33,876 nucleotides of DNA from a virus (taxonomy: Duplodnaviria; Caudoviricetes): positions 1 to 33,876 of IMG/VR virus record IMGVR_UViG_3300044759_000077; one strand, written 5' to 3'. Numbering within the stretch: the first letter of the stretch is position 1; each line of letters begins with the position of its first letter. The notes beneath the pieces are model-generated. The model was given only the letters and a program-made list of their open reading frames with translations, was not told where the DNA came from and made no database searches. Positions 33,809 through 33,876 of the stretch are shown piece after piece. The translations under genes and the position numbers were made by a program.

Positions 33809-33876
33809 GGCCGCCCGCCCAGGTCGTCGCGCACGACGATGATCTCGACGTCCGGGTCGGTCGGGTCGGGGATGCG
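33805..33876 (-). CDS. 3' end of a gene running in from beyond the window
   Basis: Open frame RIPDPTDPDVEIIVVRDDLGGRP* with a GTGA overlap. Confidence 0.45.
   Translation of the reverse strand, partial: RIPDPTDPDVEIIVVRDDLGGRP

Overview
This window is a very GC-rich, actinobacterial-type siphovirus or prophage segment (roughly 70% GC by eye, not computed). From left to right on the + strand it carries: small coupled hypothetical genes (1-2579); a putative promoter and a tRNA-like RNA; an HTH gene; two HNH genes flanking a likely packaging (cos) region; TerS and TerL; an HK97-type portal, protease and capsid; a sugar-modification cluster inside the structural operon; putative fibre and neck genes; tail tube, chaperone with a -1 frameshift, tape measure and minor tail genes; an SGNH hydrolase; and an endolysin/holin cassette ending at a bidirectional terminator. 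A convergent minus-strand accessory block follows. The main candidate system is a virion glycosylation module: four glycosyltransferase genes (five GT domains), an NDP-sugar C-methyltransferase and a Gmd-like enzyme lacking the dehydratase Glu, next to a Thr/Ala-rich repeat protein. A second theme is a set of structured RNAs at translation starts: a tRNA-like leader, two RBS-adjacent pseudoknots and a SymR-like antisense arrangement. No integrase or att site is visible. All product calls come from motif recognition by eye; no database searches were run.
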